Source of the DNA: Limnoglobus sp.
GTDB lineage: Bacteria; Planctomycetota; Planctomycetia; Gemmatales; Gemmataceae
Direction: 5' to 3'
Length of the DNA stretch: 64,000 nucleotides
Assembly: GCA_043757025.1 (NCBI GenBank)
Contig: JAYVQG010000171.1
Location: 1,833-65,832, forward strand
Shown: piece after piece, positions 39,616 to 49,674 of the stretch
Layout: every line of letters begins with the position of its first letter
How positions within the stretch are numbered: position 1 is the first letter of the stretch
Program-made: the position numbers and the translations under genes
Notes under the pieces: generated by a model
What the model was told of the DNA's origin: nothing
Seen by the model: the letters and a program-made list of their open reading frames with translations, nothing else
Database searches by the model: none

Positions 39616-40157
39616 CCCCCGTTACGCATCTCCTGCAAGCGGCGAACCGCGGCGACCGGCTGGCGGCTGCGGAGTTGTTGCCGATTGTTTACGCGGAGCT
39701 TCGCCAACTCGCGGCCGCAAAGCTGGCGCACGAGCCGAGCGGCCATTCCCTCGATGCCACCGCCTTGGTTCACGAAGCGTATTTGAAATTGGTTGGCGAT
39801 CAGAAATTCGATGGGCGCGGACACTTCTTTGCGGCGGCCGCCGAGGCGATGCGGCGGATTCTCGTCGATCAGGCGCGTACGCGGAAGGCGCTCAAACGTG
39901 GCGGCGGGGCACAGCGAGAAGGCATCGAACCGGATGCGTTTGCGTCGCCTACACCCGACGACGAGTTACTGGCGCTGGACGATGCTCTGATCGCGTTCTC
40001 CGAATCGTATCCCGATCATGCCGCGTTGGTGAAACTGCGTTATTTTGCCGGTTTGAGTGCCGATGAAGCCGCTAACTCACTGGGCATCTCCGGCAGCACC
40101 GCCGACCGTCGCTGGGCCTTCGCCCGCGCATGGCTGAAACGCGCGATGTCGGGATAG
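39612..40157 (+). CDS. ECF sigma factor, TIGR02999 family
   Basis: LLPIVYAELR, ATALVHEAYLKL, FFAAAAEAMRRILVD, LRYFAGL, WAFARAWL; GTG start overlaps the upstream TGA. Confidence 0.93.
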   Translation: MTPVTHLLQAANRGDRLAAAELLPIVYAELRQLAAAKLAHEPSGHSLDATALVHEAYLKLVGDQKFDGRGHFFAAAAEAMRRILVDQARTRKALKRGGGAQREGIEPDAFASPTPDDELLALDDALIAFSESYPDHAALVKLRYFAGLSADEAANSLGISGSTADRRWAFARAWLKRAMSG

Positions 40158-40279
40158 GTCATTAGGCGATACGGAACCTGTTGCCGAAAGGTCTGCGCGG
40201 CGAAACGAGTGAAGAATAAATTTCATCGTCCGTAGAACTTCCTCGTCGGTGGGCACTCACTCGGTAACCCGACGGTGAG

Positions 40280-41806
40280 GTGGCTGTGACATCGCGTTCC
40301 CTACAAGCTGTGTTTCGTTCGCTCGTCGATGCCAGCAACCTGGTACCGGATGCGGACTTGCTGTGCCGGTTCGTGGCGAACGACGAAACGGCGTTTGCGG
40401 AGTTGGTGCGCCGTCACGGTCGGTTGGTGTGGGCGGCGTGTCGGAACCTCACGCGGTCGGATGCCGAGGCCGACGATGCGTTTCAGGCCACGTTTCTCGT
40501 GCTCATTCGCAATGCAAAAACGATCCGCGACGCGGGCAAACTCTCGTCGTGGTTGCACGGGGTGGCATACAAGGTGTGCGCGAAATCCCGGCAAGCCTCG
40601 AAGCGGCGCGCGGCGCGCGAGCAAGCCACGGCCGCGCACGAAGGCAACGGCCACGCCGTTCCGGAGTCGGCGTGGGATCGGGCACTTGCGGCCGTTCACG
40701 AAGAAGCCGCGAAACTACCGGAAACACTGCGATTACCGTTCGTTTTGTGCTGTCTCGAAGGCAAAAGCGTCACCGAGTCGGCCGAACAACTCGGATGGAA
40801 ACTCGGCACGTTCTCCGGTCGGCTGACGCGGGCCAAGGATGCGGTGTTGGCGAAACTCGACGCACGCGGACTCACACTCGGCGGCGTTGCGGCGGTCAGT
40901 CTCGCGGTGCCACCCGCCGTGTTGGTGGCGAAAACTTCCGCACTCGCGCAGGTCGGGTTTGCGGTTCCCCTTACGATTCTGCAACTCTCTCAAGGAGCGA
41001 TTGGAATGAGCATGACATCGGTAAAAATGTTGGCAGCCACCGTGCTGTTAACGTGCGGCCTGGGACTGAGCGTCGGCACCGGCTGGCTCGCCACCGCCGA
41101 CGCACAAACGGCGATACCCACGAAGGCCGCACCAACGAAAAAGGACGCCGAGGCCGAGTTAAAGCAGCGAGCCGATGACTATAACAAAGCACGAGGGGTC
41201 GTCGTCCTGGACTACGATCAACAAGAGAACGACATTCTGGCCAGACTCGCGAATGACATCTCATTCAAAACCGCGAAATGGGAGTACCAACTTGCCGAGA
41301 TGAGCGATACGTTCGACGCGGCACAGTTCGCCACATTCCTACAGGCACGCGAAAGCGAACACTGGGAGTTTCTCGGCTCGACGTCGCTCGGGCCGAACGG
41401 CGGGGTGTCTCAGTGGCTGTTCCGCCGTCCGGCGAATACTCAGGCAAACCTGAGCCGTGTCCAGATACTGGGTGATGAAGTTCGACAACTCGGGATTCGG
41501 TTAGTTCCGCCGTTAAAAGTCGAAGATGCGAAGTCGATCGAAGCGCAGATCGCGAAGTCGATCGAATCGGAGATTGCGATATTGCAGCTGAAGTTGAAGG
41601 TATTGCAAGCGAAGGGGCGCGTCGTGTTCCCGCTGTTGCCCGATGATTTTCGCGAGATGCTGGCAAAACTGGCCGAGAAGAAGTTCGGCAAGAATCGCCT
41701 GTGGCTAACCCAAACGCAGGAAGGTCTCGTTGCCGAAGGCGACAAAGACGTCGTCGAGTGGGCCACCGTTGCGGTGAAGACACTGAGGTCGCTGTACGAG
41801 AAGTAA
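40280..41806 (+). CDS. Membrane-anchored ECF sigma factor with C-terminal extension
   Basis: DETAFAELVRRHG, ADDAFQATFLVL, VLCCLEGKS...AEQLGW..GT, TM segment near aa 245-270. Confidence 0.9.
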   Translation: MAVTSRSLQAVFRSLVDASNLVPDADLLCRFVANDETAFAELVRRHGRLVWAACRNLTRSDAEADDAFQATFLVLIRNAKTIRDAGKLSSWLHGVAYKVCAKSRQASKRRAAREQATAAHEGNGHAVPESAWDRALAAVHEEAAKLPETLRLPFVLCCLEGKSVTESAEQLGWKLGTFSGRLTRAKDAVLAKLDARGLTLGGVAAVSLAVPPAVLVAKTSALAQVGFAVPLTILQLSQGAIGMSMTSVKMLAATVLLTCGLGLSVGTGWLATADAQTAIPTKAAPTKKDAEAELKQRADDYNKARGVVVLDYDQQENDILARLANDISFKTAKWEYQLAEMSDTFDAAQFATFLQARESEHWEFLGSTSLGPNGGVSQWLFRRPANTQANLSRVQILGDEVRQLGIRLVPPLKVEDAKSIEAQIAKSIESEIAILQLKLKVLQAKGRVVFPLLPDDFREMLAKLAEKKFGKNRLWLTQTQEGLVAEGDKDVVEWATVAVKTLRSLYEK

Positions 41807-41923
41807 ACGCGAGGTGTCGATTCGGGAGCGGAGAAACTTTAGCGGAATTGGCGCAGACACGGAAAAAACATGGCGGTATCACTGGGCTGATCGATTTCGT
41901 CCATCAAGCCCGGAGAACCGCAC

Positions 41924-42889
41924 ATGACCCTGACGCGTTGGAAACTGTTGGCTGGCGTACTCGGCATCTCGATTGCCGGCGTGGTGGCTTCGGCCGACCC
42001 GCACTGTTCGGGCAACAATCCGCTCCAGTCTCGACGCCCCGCCCCGCCACCCGTGCAAAGCGCGAACTACGCGCCGACGGTCTCGATCGTGCCGCTGATC
42101 GTCCCCGCGACGGCCAACCCACCCTTTCAAGTCGCCGTCGCGCCACCGATCACCCTGACGTTGCCGAAGATCGATGCACTGCCTACGCCGTCCATCGTGG
42201 CTGTGCCAATGCTCAGTCTGGAACCACCGCAATTGCCAATGCCCGAGGCACCGATACCAAAACTCGTCGTCGTTCAACCACTCGTTATGATCCCCGAGGC
42301 GGTCAAGGCACCGACTCTGAGCCCGCCCACATACGCCCCCGTGGCGGATAAAGTCATCGACTTGCCGTTACCGATGACCGCCGTGAAGCCAATTCCTCCA
42401 ACTCAGTTTCCCGCTACTCCCACTCTCGATGTTCCCGTGATACGTGAAGTGCCCGCGGTCGTTGCGAGCCGCAAGCCGTTGGCGAAGCCCGAAGAAGCGC
42501 CGACCGAAGTTTCGTCGGTTCGCGTGGTCGTGCGTCTCGGCATGGCGCAGCCGAAGTTTGAAGTCCTCAGCGGCGAAGATGTGCTTCTGAAAGCCGCCTG
42601 CGAAAAGATCGACGTCCGCTCGATCGAGAAGGGCGATGGCGTGACGCCGTTGAAGGCGACCGGCGGCGTTCGCTTCTCCGCGCCGGGCTGCGAAGGCACC
42701 TGCGATCAGCTCACCGTGCTGCCCGGCACCGGCGAAGTCGAACTCGCGGGCAACGTCAAAGTTCGCTGCAAACGGGGTAAAGGTGAAACGGAAATCGTCG
42801 CCACCACGATGAAGTTCAAACTCGGCTCCGCCCCCGCGTACGCCGTGCCAGAACCGACGACCGCGTATAAAGCGGATTTGCCGCGGTAG
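41924..42889 (+). CDS. Secreted Pro-rich protein with C-terminal beta-jellyroll (LptA/OstA-like, tentative)
   Basis: Signal peptide, long Pro-rich linker, then LKATGGVRF...EGTCDQL...VELAGNVKV. Confidence 0.7.
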   Translation: MTLTRWKLLAGVLGISIAGVVASADPHCSGNNPLQSRRPAPPPVQSANYAPTVSIVPLIVPATANPPFQVAVAPPITLTLPKIDALPTPSIVAVPMLSLEPPQLPMPEAPIPKLVVVQPLVMIPEAVKAPTLSPPTYAPVADKVIDLPLPMTAVKPIPPTQFPATPTLDVPVIREVPAVVASRKPLAKPEEAPTEVSSVRVVVRLGMAQPKFEVLSGEDVLLKAACEKIDVRSIEKGDGVTPLKATGGVRFSAPGCEGTCDQLTVLPGTGEVELAGNVKVRCKRGKGETEIVATTMKFKLGSAPAYAVPEPTTAYKADLPR

Positions 42890-42988
42890 CACCGGAGTCG
42901 CAACTGCGGGCACGGTTCAAAACCCGGTTGCAGTTTTGCCAAAACGAACCACCGGAACATTGGTTCGGGTGTTGATCGCGACCACCCG

Positions 42989-43075
42989 AATCGGACGTAA
43001 GTCCTTGCTGGGTTAGGTTGGTTCCGAAATTCGGGCATGAGTCCACGGTAGGGGGGTGGGTAGTGGCTGGAGTCA
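42989..43075. other. Conserved 88-bp intergenic element, copy 2 (inverted relative to copy 1)
   Basis: Reverse complement aligns to 17247-17334. Confidence 0.8.
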
Positions 43076-43206
43076 TTCTGCTACCCAACATCGCCGCGAT
43101 TTGAATCATGCCCGCGTTCGCGTACCTCTGACGAACATGTCAAATCTCAGTTCACCAAGTATAACTGCTACCTAAATCGCATCGGTTTTGGTCCCAGAGC
43201 CACACC

Positions 43207-44814
43207 ATGAAACGCCTGCGCTGGCCGCTACTGATTGCCGTCGTCTGCTTACCCGTCGCGCTGTTGGCGTACGGCGTGCGCGTGCCGGGGCTAACGTCAA
43301 CAACGTATGCCGTGCCGATGTCCGTCCCGCAGGGCGACCAAGAAATCGCCTGGTTCAACACCACGACGAGCGGCGCGAACTGGGAACGATTCGTGTCGGG
43401 CATTCACCGTGCAAGCCTGTTGTTACCCGGCATGACGGTCGACGACTCGACGGCATTCTTGGACCAGACGACGGCCGTGCCAGAGGTCGTGATTGGCATG
43501 GAAGGGCGGACCGGGAAGTTGCGGATTCGCTGGTACAAACTCAGCAGCGATCATCGCTCCGTGTTCTGGATGAAACTCCTCGCCCAACGCGACCCCGCGC
43601 CGCTGGCGATCGTCGGCGGCGGTTCGAGCGACCGTGCCCGCGATATGGCGTGGGCGCTCGCCCGCCAAACCGAATGGAAAGGCGAGCGACCGCTGTTTTT
43701 GATTACGAATGCCACGGCGGAGAAGGTCCACTCGGGGGCAGGCGAAACGGGCAATCGCGAAGATGGCGACGGCGACGATTCGGACTTGTTGCAGATTTAT
43801 CCGAACCGCTCGTTTCGCTTTTGCTTCAACAACCGGCAGATGGCGGAGGCGATGCTGGATTTCGTGTGGCAATCGCCGAATCTGCGTCCGCAGTCGTTCG
43901 CCGGTATCGCGATGCAAGCCGTCGGCTCGGGGCTACTTTCCACATATGCCCTTCAGCACAAGCCGAATATCTGCTACGTCGACTGGGACGACGACCCGTA
44001 TTCGAGCGACCTGATCGGCCAGTGTCGCGATGCGCTGCCGAGGGTGCTGCAAGCGTACCGCCCGCCCGCATGGCCTCCGGTGACTGCGTCGATCTCCGGT
44101 TGGCAGGTGCCGTTCAGCGTCGGTGGGTTTTACACGCCGAACCGCGCTGAGGAGGAAGCCGCCGATTCGATGATCAAGGAAATCCGTCGCCTGCCGCCGC
44201 AACGCTCGCTGTTAATCGTGCCGACGGTACCGTCACCGGCGCGACGGTTCTTGCGGGTACTCGCGGCATCGTCGCCGACGATCGGCCGCGAACTCGTCGC
44301 GATCAACGGCGATGGTATGGGCGTGAACACGATCCTCCGCGATGGCGAATTCGCTTGGCCGATTCGCGGGATGCCGATCCCGCTCGTACTATTCACGCAC
44401 AATAACCCGATTGCTTGGGACGAAGCGAACCCCGCACGCGCGATACCTGCCGCCGCCGCATTGACGCCGCCGAGTAGTACCGATGATGTGTTGCACTTCG
44501 CGGAAATCGTTCGCACGCTCACCGAAGCGGCATTCGCGAATCCTGGCGATACGCTGGGTACGAGTGCCGAGGATATTGCCAACCGCTTCCGCAATCCGGA
44601 GAGTGGGTTCTTCGATGCGAGTGGCAACCGTCGTGGCGGGACGGGTGAATATGTCATGCTACTGAAACCGCTGATCGAAGCCGATGAAATCGGTATCGGT
44701 ATGCCGGAAGCGCGCGTCGAAGTGTGGCGGAAAACGCGCGGCGGCGAATGGCAACTCGTGCGGGCATGGATGCTCGATCAAACCCGTCGCCCGATCGGGA
44801 GGGTTAACGGATGA
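43207..44814 (+). CDS. Exported protein with type I periplasmic binding protein-like features
   Basis: N-terminal TM/signal; LAIVGGGSSDRA, LITNATA, FRFCFNNRQMA resemble LivJ-type binding proteins. Confidence 0.65.
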   Translation: MKRLRWPLLIAVVCLPVALLAYGVRVPGLTSTTYAVPMSVPQGDQEIAWFNTTTSGANWERFVSGIHRASLLLPGMTVDDSTAFLDQTTAVPEVVIGMEGRTGKLRIRWYKLSSDHRSVFWMKLLAQRDPAPLAIVGGGSSDRARDMAWALARQTEWKGERPLFLITNATAEKVHSGAGETGNREDGDGDDSDLLQIYPNRSFRFCFNNRQMAEAMLDFVWQSPNLRPQSFAGIAMQAVGSGLLSTYALQHKPNICYVDWDDDPYSSDLIGQCRDALPRVLQAYRPPAWPPVTASISGWQVPFSVGGFYTPNRAEEEAADSMIKEIRRLPPQRSLLIVPTVPSPARRFLRVLAASSPTIGRELVAINGDGMGVNTILRDGEFAWPIRGMPIPLVLFTHNNPIAWDEANPARAIPAAAALTPPSSTDDVLHFAEIVRTLTEAAFANPGDTLGTSAEDIANRFRNPESGFFDASGNRRGGTGEYVMLLKPLIEADEIGIGMPEARVEVWRKTRGGEWQLVRAWMLDQTRRPIGRVNG

Positions 44815-46505
44815 ACCGCTCCCCGCTCTCCGAAACGACCGTCCAAGCCATCGCATTACCCGCTCGCCGCGCAGTCTGGAAATATGTCGGTGGCCTAGCG
44901 CCCGTCGTGATTCTTTGGGGCATTCTCGTCGTCTGGCTGGCCATGGTTCTGATGGCGCGGGCGAACTGGTCCGAGAACGCCGACCGGGCCGCGATCCGCG
45001 AATGGCTCGACGAAGCGCGGAACTTTCGCAAGACGCTTCCGGAACTCGTGAAGGAATACGTTCGACTACGCGACGACGACCCGACGGGCACATCGGACCC
45101 GAAACGACTGGAAATTAAGCGTACGGAGATCGCCGAGCATATGCGGTCACTCGCCGAACCGACCCGAGCGTATGTGAATCAGTTGCCGTTGTTTCCGGAA
45201 ATCTATCGCATACAGATCGATCTTGCCGCGGCGAACCACAATCCGACCGATGGCGAATCGATCGAGTGGGTGTCGACCGTGCCGCGGCCCGCGCGACAAA
45301 AGCAAGGGCAGATCCGCCTGCTCGAATACGAGCCACTCGGCAAAGACGATCGGCGTGCAATCATCCGCTGCGAGTATCGCGTTCATGCCTTCAACAAATT
45401 GCAACAACAGTACGAAGACAGCCGCCGCGAATCGTTCGTTGCCGGGGCATTGCTCCTAACGGCCACGGCACTGGCAACGCTGTTCGTCTATCGATTCCTG
45501 ATGCGCGAACGACACCGTGAAGTTGCACGATTGACGGCGGTGGCCGAAAAAGAACACCGCGAACTGGAGCTACTGCAATCGCTCTGGAAGCAGGATGAAG
45601 CCGAGAAAGCGCGACGCGAACTCAAAGGAAAATTGCTACAGCAACAGCTCGAAACCGCAGATTTGTCGCGGCGCACGGCCGAGGCGGAGAAGGCCGCGCT
45701 CGAAATGAAATCGCAACTCTACGCGAGTATCGGCATCATGGCGGGCAGTTACGCGCACAACATCAAAAACCTGCTCGTGCGCCCGAACGATCTCCTCGTA
45801 CGGTGCATCGATGCCAACGGATTGTCCGGCGAACAAGAAGGCATGTTGCACGAAGTCCGCTCGACACTCGGCACCGTGACCGAGCGGCTTCAGCAGATTT
45901 TACGCACCGTCAGTCGCAACCCCGGCAACGCCGAAGTCGCACGAATCGACCTCAACCCGCTGATCCTCGCAACGGTGCAAACGTGGTCCGAAATGGCGTG
46001 GGACAAGTGGAAAGTGCGCATCGTTGCGGACATCGAACCCGGCTCGCTCGAAATCGATGGCGACTTGTCGCACCTGCAACAAGCGATCGAGAACCTGATC
46101 TTCAACGCACGCGATGCGACGTTCGAGATGCGGAATCACCTTCGCGAAATCGCGCGGAAAGATAACGCAATCGACCCGATTATCCGCAAACAGCGATTGA
46201 TAGAGGCCGCATCGTGGAAGGGCGAAATTACGCTAGTCACGCGACGAACGACGGGGAACGCGGTTCTCGAAGTGACCGACAACGGCATCGGCATGGCCGA
46301 CGCCGTGAAGGCCAACTGCCTGCGAACGCACTTCACCACGAAGCGCGATAACGCTTTGTACGAAGGCTACAGTGCAGGTATGGGCCTCGGGTTGTCGTTC
46401 GTGGCCGTGGTGCTCGAACACCACCATGCGACGCTCGAAATCGAATCCGAACCACTGAAAGGCGCGAGCTTCCGCGTCGAGTTCCCCATGCCTGTCGCGA
46501 AGTGA
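44811..46505 (+). CDS. Membrane sensor histidine kinase
   Basis: Two TM helices; H-box AGSYAHNIKN, N-box NLIFNARDA, G1 DNGIGM, F-box FTTK, G2 GMGLGLS. Confidence 0.92.
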   Translation: MNRSPLSETTVQAIALPARRAVWKYVGGLAPVVILWGILVVWLAMVLMARANWSENADRAAIREWLDEARNFRKTLPELVKEYVRLRDDDPTGTSDPKRLEIKRTEIAEHMRSLAEPTRAYVNQLPLFPEIYRIQIDLAAANHNPTDGESIEWVSTVPRPARQKQGQIRLLEYEPLGKDDRRAIIRCEYRVHAFNKLQQQYEDSRRESFVAGALLLTATALATLFVYRFLMRERHREVARLTAVAEKEHRELELLQSLWKQDEAEKARRELKGKLLQQQLETADLSRRTAEAEKAALEMKSQLYASIGIMAGSYAHNIKNLLVRPNDLLVRCIDANGLSGEQEGMLHEVRSTLGTVTERLQQILRTVSRNPGNAEVARIDLNPLILATVQTWSEMAWDKWKVRIVADIEPGSLEIDGDLSHLQQAIENLIFNARDATFEMRNHLREIARKDNAIDPIIRKQRLIEAASWKGEITLVTRRTTGNAVLEVTDNGIGMADAVKANCLRTHFTTKRDNALYEGYSAGMGLGLSFVAVVLEHHHATLEIESEPLKGASFRVEFPMPVAK

Positions 46506-47258
46506 TTACGCGACTTTTTCCGGTAGCGTCCAGCCGATGGGTGACAGGCCTTTGTCAGTTAAGAGTGCGTTAATTTTCGAGAATGGTTTGCTGCCAAAAA
46601 ACCCTGCGTTTGCTGACAGCGGCGAGGGGTGTACCGACGCGATCACGGCGTGACGCGATTCGTCGATCAGCGGGCGTTTCTTCTGTGCATACCCGCCCCA
46701 CAACACGAACACGACGGGTGTTGTTTTCGCGTTCACGGCCTTCAGTGTGGCATCGGTGAATTTCTCCCAGCCCTTGTTGGCGTGCGAATTCGGCGTGCCC
46801 GCGCGAACCGTCAGCACCGCGTTCAACATCAGGATTCCTTGCGTCGCCCACGATGCGAGGTACCCGTGCTTCGCAGGTGGGATGCCGAGATCCGATTGGC
46901 GTTCCTGATAGATGTTGCGAAGTGATGCGGGTATTCCCACGCCGGGCTGCACGGAGAAACACAAGCCGTGCGCATGGCCGGGTGTCGGGTACGGATCTTG
47001 CCCGAGCAGCACGACTTTCACGCCGTCCAGTGGCGCGAAGCGATAGGCGTTGTACACGTCGGCTTCCACTGGAAAAATCTGACTCGACTGACGCTCCGCT
47101 GTCACAAACTCTTGCAGATTCGCGAAATACGGCTGCCCGAATTCCGCCGCCAGTGGCACGGCCCACGAAGTCGGGAATTCGGCTGGCGGCGCAACGACTG
47201 CGAACGGTTCTTGTACATCGAACAGGCTCGGAGTTTCGTTTGTGGTTTTCTTCGCCAC
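46506..47258 (-). CDS. ung: Uracil-DNA glycosylase, family 1
   Basis: GQDPY, HGLCFSV, LNAVLTV, HANKGWE, HPSPLS. Confidence 0.97.
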   Translation of the reverse strand: MAKKTTNETPSLFDVQEPFAVVAPPAEFPTSWAVPLAAEFGQPYFANLQEFVTAERQSSQIFPVEADVYNAYRFAPLDGVKVVLLGQDPYPTPGHAHGLCFSVQPGVGIPASLRNIYQERQSDLGIPPAKHGYLASWATQGILMLNAVLTVRAGTPNSHANKGWEKFTDATLKAVNAKTTPVVFVLWGGYAQKKRPLIDESRHAVIASVHPSPLSANAGFFGSKPFSKINALLTDKGLSPIGWTLPEKVA

Positions 47259-47271
47259 GATGTCACCTCGA

Positions 47272-49299
47272 TTATTTGAGCATCTTTAACGCGTCGGCGG
47301 CGGTGGCCGCGTGTGTTATTTTCAGTTCGGGTGTCGCTTTCAACAACGCCCAGACGTGGGTGGCCGGTCGATAGTTCGCGAGCATTTCGGCTTCGGTGAA
47401 AGCTTTTCCGCCACCGTGAACCGCACCGGCGATCGCGACCCGTTTCGGTGCCGCGAGTGCCGCCAGGTGTGCGACGTCGCCGATGTCGCGAAGGATGCCG
47501 GGTGCCATCAATCCGAGTCGCTGGCCGACGTACGGTTCGTCGGAAATATAACTTCCGAGCGAGCCGACTGCCGCAATTTTCCCGATCCGCGGCTCAATCG
47601 CCCCTGCCGCGAGTGCAACCAAACCGGCGGGGCCGTCGCCGATGATCGTGACGTCTTTCGGCAAACCTTCGGTAGCCTCCAAGTAGTCTAGGAGCCGCAC
47701 GACGTCGAATGTCCACTGGCCGAGCAATGGGCGACCGAGCCACAGCGACCACTCGGCCGAATTGTGGTCCGGCGCGCGGCCAATCGTATCGCCCGCGATG
47801 CTCATTCCGCGCAGGTCGAAGGGTATCAGGTTGCCGCCCGCTTTACGCACTTCTTTCGCGAGTTCGCTTTTCGCAGCGACGTCGCGGCCCTGGAAATTCA
47901 GCAGAATCGTCACTGGTTTCTTCGGGTCGTACTCGCGCAAGTCGGCGGTCAGCATCAATCCCGGCTCGGGTGCGAAGCGCATGATCTTCGCGTCGATTTG
48001 CACTTGCTTCGGCAACTTCGCACGATCCGGGAACCCGCCGAAGACCTTGTTTACGAGTATCTTTCGCATCGTCTCGCTCGTCGTCGCCCACTCGGCTGCC
48101 GTCTTCGGTGCCACGTTCTGTTCGAGTAATTTCGTACCTTCCGCTGCTGCAAACTTCGGCAGTGTCAGCCAGTTGTCAGCACGGCTCGTGCCGGGGAAAC
48201 AGCGAATGTCTTCGGGGGCTTCCGGGCGGATTTCCGGGTCGCGAATCGGGCTGCCCTCGCCCTCGCCCTTGAGGTGCAACGTCATCCATCCGTACATCGC
48301 TTCGCGCATCGCCTGGTTATAATCGTGCCCGCTCTCGAAGATCGCGTGGCGTAAATTCGCTTTCTTTCCAGCTAATTCAAAGACTGGCGTGGCTTGTGCG
48401 ATCGACTTCTTCGCTTGCTCGACGGAGAACTGATACGCATCTTTGGTCGCGCTGACGACCATCAGCCCGCGTGGTGCCGTCAGGCCGAGTACGCCCCATT
48501 CTTCGGTGTACGTGAGCGCGCCGGGTACGACTTCGCAGAGGCAGCACGCGGTTCGCAAGTAGGCTTGGTAATTTCCGACCGAACAGACCGGCACCGCAGC
48601 ACTCAGGCGTTCGTCCCACGCCCCCGAGTACATGCTCTGGTTGCCACCACCGCTCGCGCCGGTGATGCCAATCTTCGCGCCGTTCACTTCGGGCCGCGTT
48701 TGCAGATAATCGACCGCCCGCATATTCTCGTAAACCTGGATCCCGGATAGCGGCTTGCCAATCGGGTACAGAAGCGCGCCGACCATCTCGCCGTGGTACT
48801 CGCCGAGCGCCTTGCCGATAGCGCGCTCGCCCGCTCCGAAGGCATCGACGCACAGGACGAAGAAGCCGAGCTTGGCGGCACCGATGCAGCGCGCCTGCAC
48901 GACGGGGTCTTGCTTCGCGCCTTTCCAGTGGCCGTGAACTTGCAGAATGGCGGGCAGTTTGCCTTTCTTTTCCGGCACGTACGCATTCGCGGTCATGCGA
49001 ACGCCGGGCATCGTCTGGAAGCTGATTTTTTCGAGCGTGTAACCGTCGCGTTTGAGCTCGCCGTGCTTTTGCACATCGAGCGGGCACGGCTCTTTGGGGA
49101 ATCCGCCCCACGATGCCAACAGTTTCTCGCGCAGTTCGCCACGCTGTTTTTGCCATTCGGCGAGCGTTGCGGGCGGTTTATCGTTCGCTCGCAGTGCGAC
49201 CGCCTGCGCCGAAACGAAGTCCCGAAAATCGGGATCGGCCGCCGACAGCGGGTACGTGAGTGACAGTGCGATGACACTAGCGAACAGCGTGCGGAACAT
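47272..49299 (-). CDS. Secreted double alpha/beta-hydrolase (acetylxylan esterase-like)
   Basis: Signal peptide; TGASGGG nucleophile elbow, HDYNQ, second degenerate hydrolase domain. Confidence 0.85.
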   Translation of the reverse strand: MFRTLFASVIALSLTYPLSAADPDFRDFVSAQAVALRANDKPPATLAEWQKQRGELREKLLASWGGFPKEPCPLDVQKHGELKRDGYTLEKISFQTMPGVRMTANAYVPEKKGKLPAILQVHGHWKGAKQDPVVQARCIGAAKLGFFVLCVDAFGAGERAIGKALGEYHGEMVGALLYPIGKPLSGIQVYENMRAVDYLQTRPEVNGAKIGITGASGGGNQSMYSGAWDERLSAAVPVCSVGNYQAYLRTACCLCEVVPGALTYTEEWGVLGLTAPRGLMVVSATKDAYQFSVEQAKKSIAQATPVFELAGKKANLRHAIFESGHDYNQAMREAMYGWMTLHLKGEGEGSPIRDPEIRPEAPEDIRCFPGTSRADNWLTLPKFAAAEGTKLLEQNVAPKTAAEWATTSETMRKILVNKVFGGFPDRAKLPKQVQIDAKIMRFAPEPGLMLTADLREYDPKKPVTILLNFQGRDVAAKSELAKEVRKAGGNLIPFDLRGMSIAGDTIGRAPDHNSAEWSLWLGRPLLGQWTFDVVRLLDYLEATEGLPKDVTIIGDGPAGLVALAAGAIEPRIGKIAAVGSLGSYISDEPYVGQRLGLMAPGILRDIGDVAHLAALAAPKRVAIAGAVHGGGKAFTEAEMLANYRPATHVWALLKATPELKITHAATAADALKMLK

Positions 49300-49458
49300 G
49301 TCGAATATCTCCCGGAGAACCCGGTCAGGTGGGTGCGACAATACGAGTGTGGCGAGAAGCCACGCGAAACGCAAGTGAGAACCGCCAGGATCGTTTGAAA
49401 CGGGAGCTTCACACGACAATTAACTGACGGAAGCGAATAAATCTGGTAACGTGCGGAA

Positions 49459-49674
49459 ATGAAACGATACGCTATCATCCTCGAAAACGCGGGCGAAAAT
49501 TGGGCGGCCTACGTCCCCGATTTGCCGGGGTGTGTCGCCACCGGCGAGACAGTCGAAGAAGTTGGACAGACGATCCGAGAGGTGATTGAGATGCACATTC
49601 AGGGCATGTTGGAAGATGGCATACCGGTTCCTGACGCAACGAGTCGCGTCGATTACGTCGAAATTTCCGCTTAA
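49459..49674 (+). CDS. hicB: HicB family antitoxin (no hicA seen)
   Basis: AYVPDLPGCVATGETVEEV...EVIEMHIQGMLEDGIPVP. Confidence 0.88.
   Translation: MKRYAIILENAGENWAAYVPDLPGCVATGETVEEVGQTIREVIEMHIQGMLEDGIPVPDATSRVDYVEISA

Noticed and set aside
49300-49458. hicA upstream of hicB
   Set aside because: No ORF with the HicA GSH/VPxH pattern in the interval.
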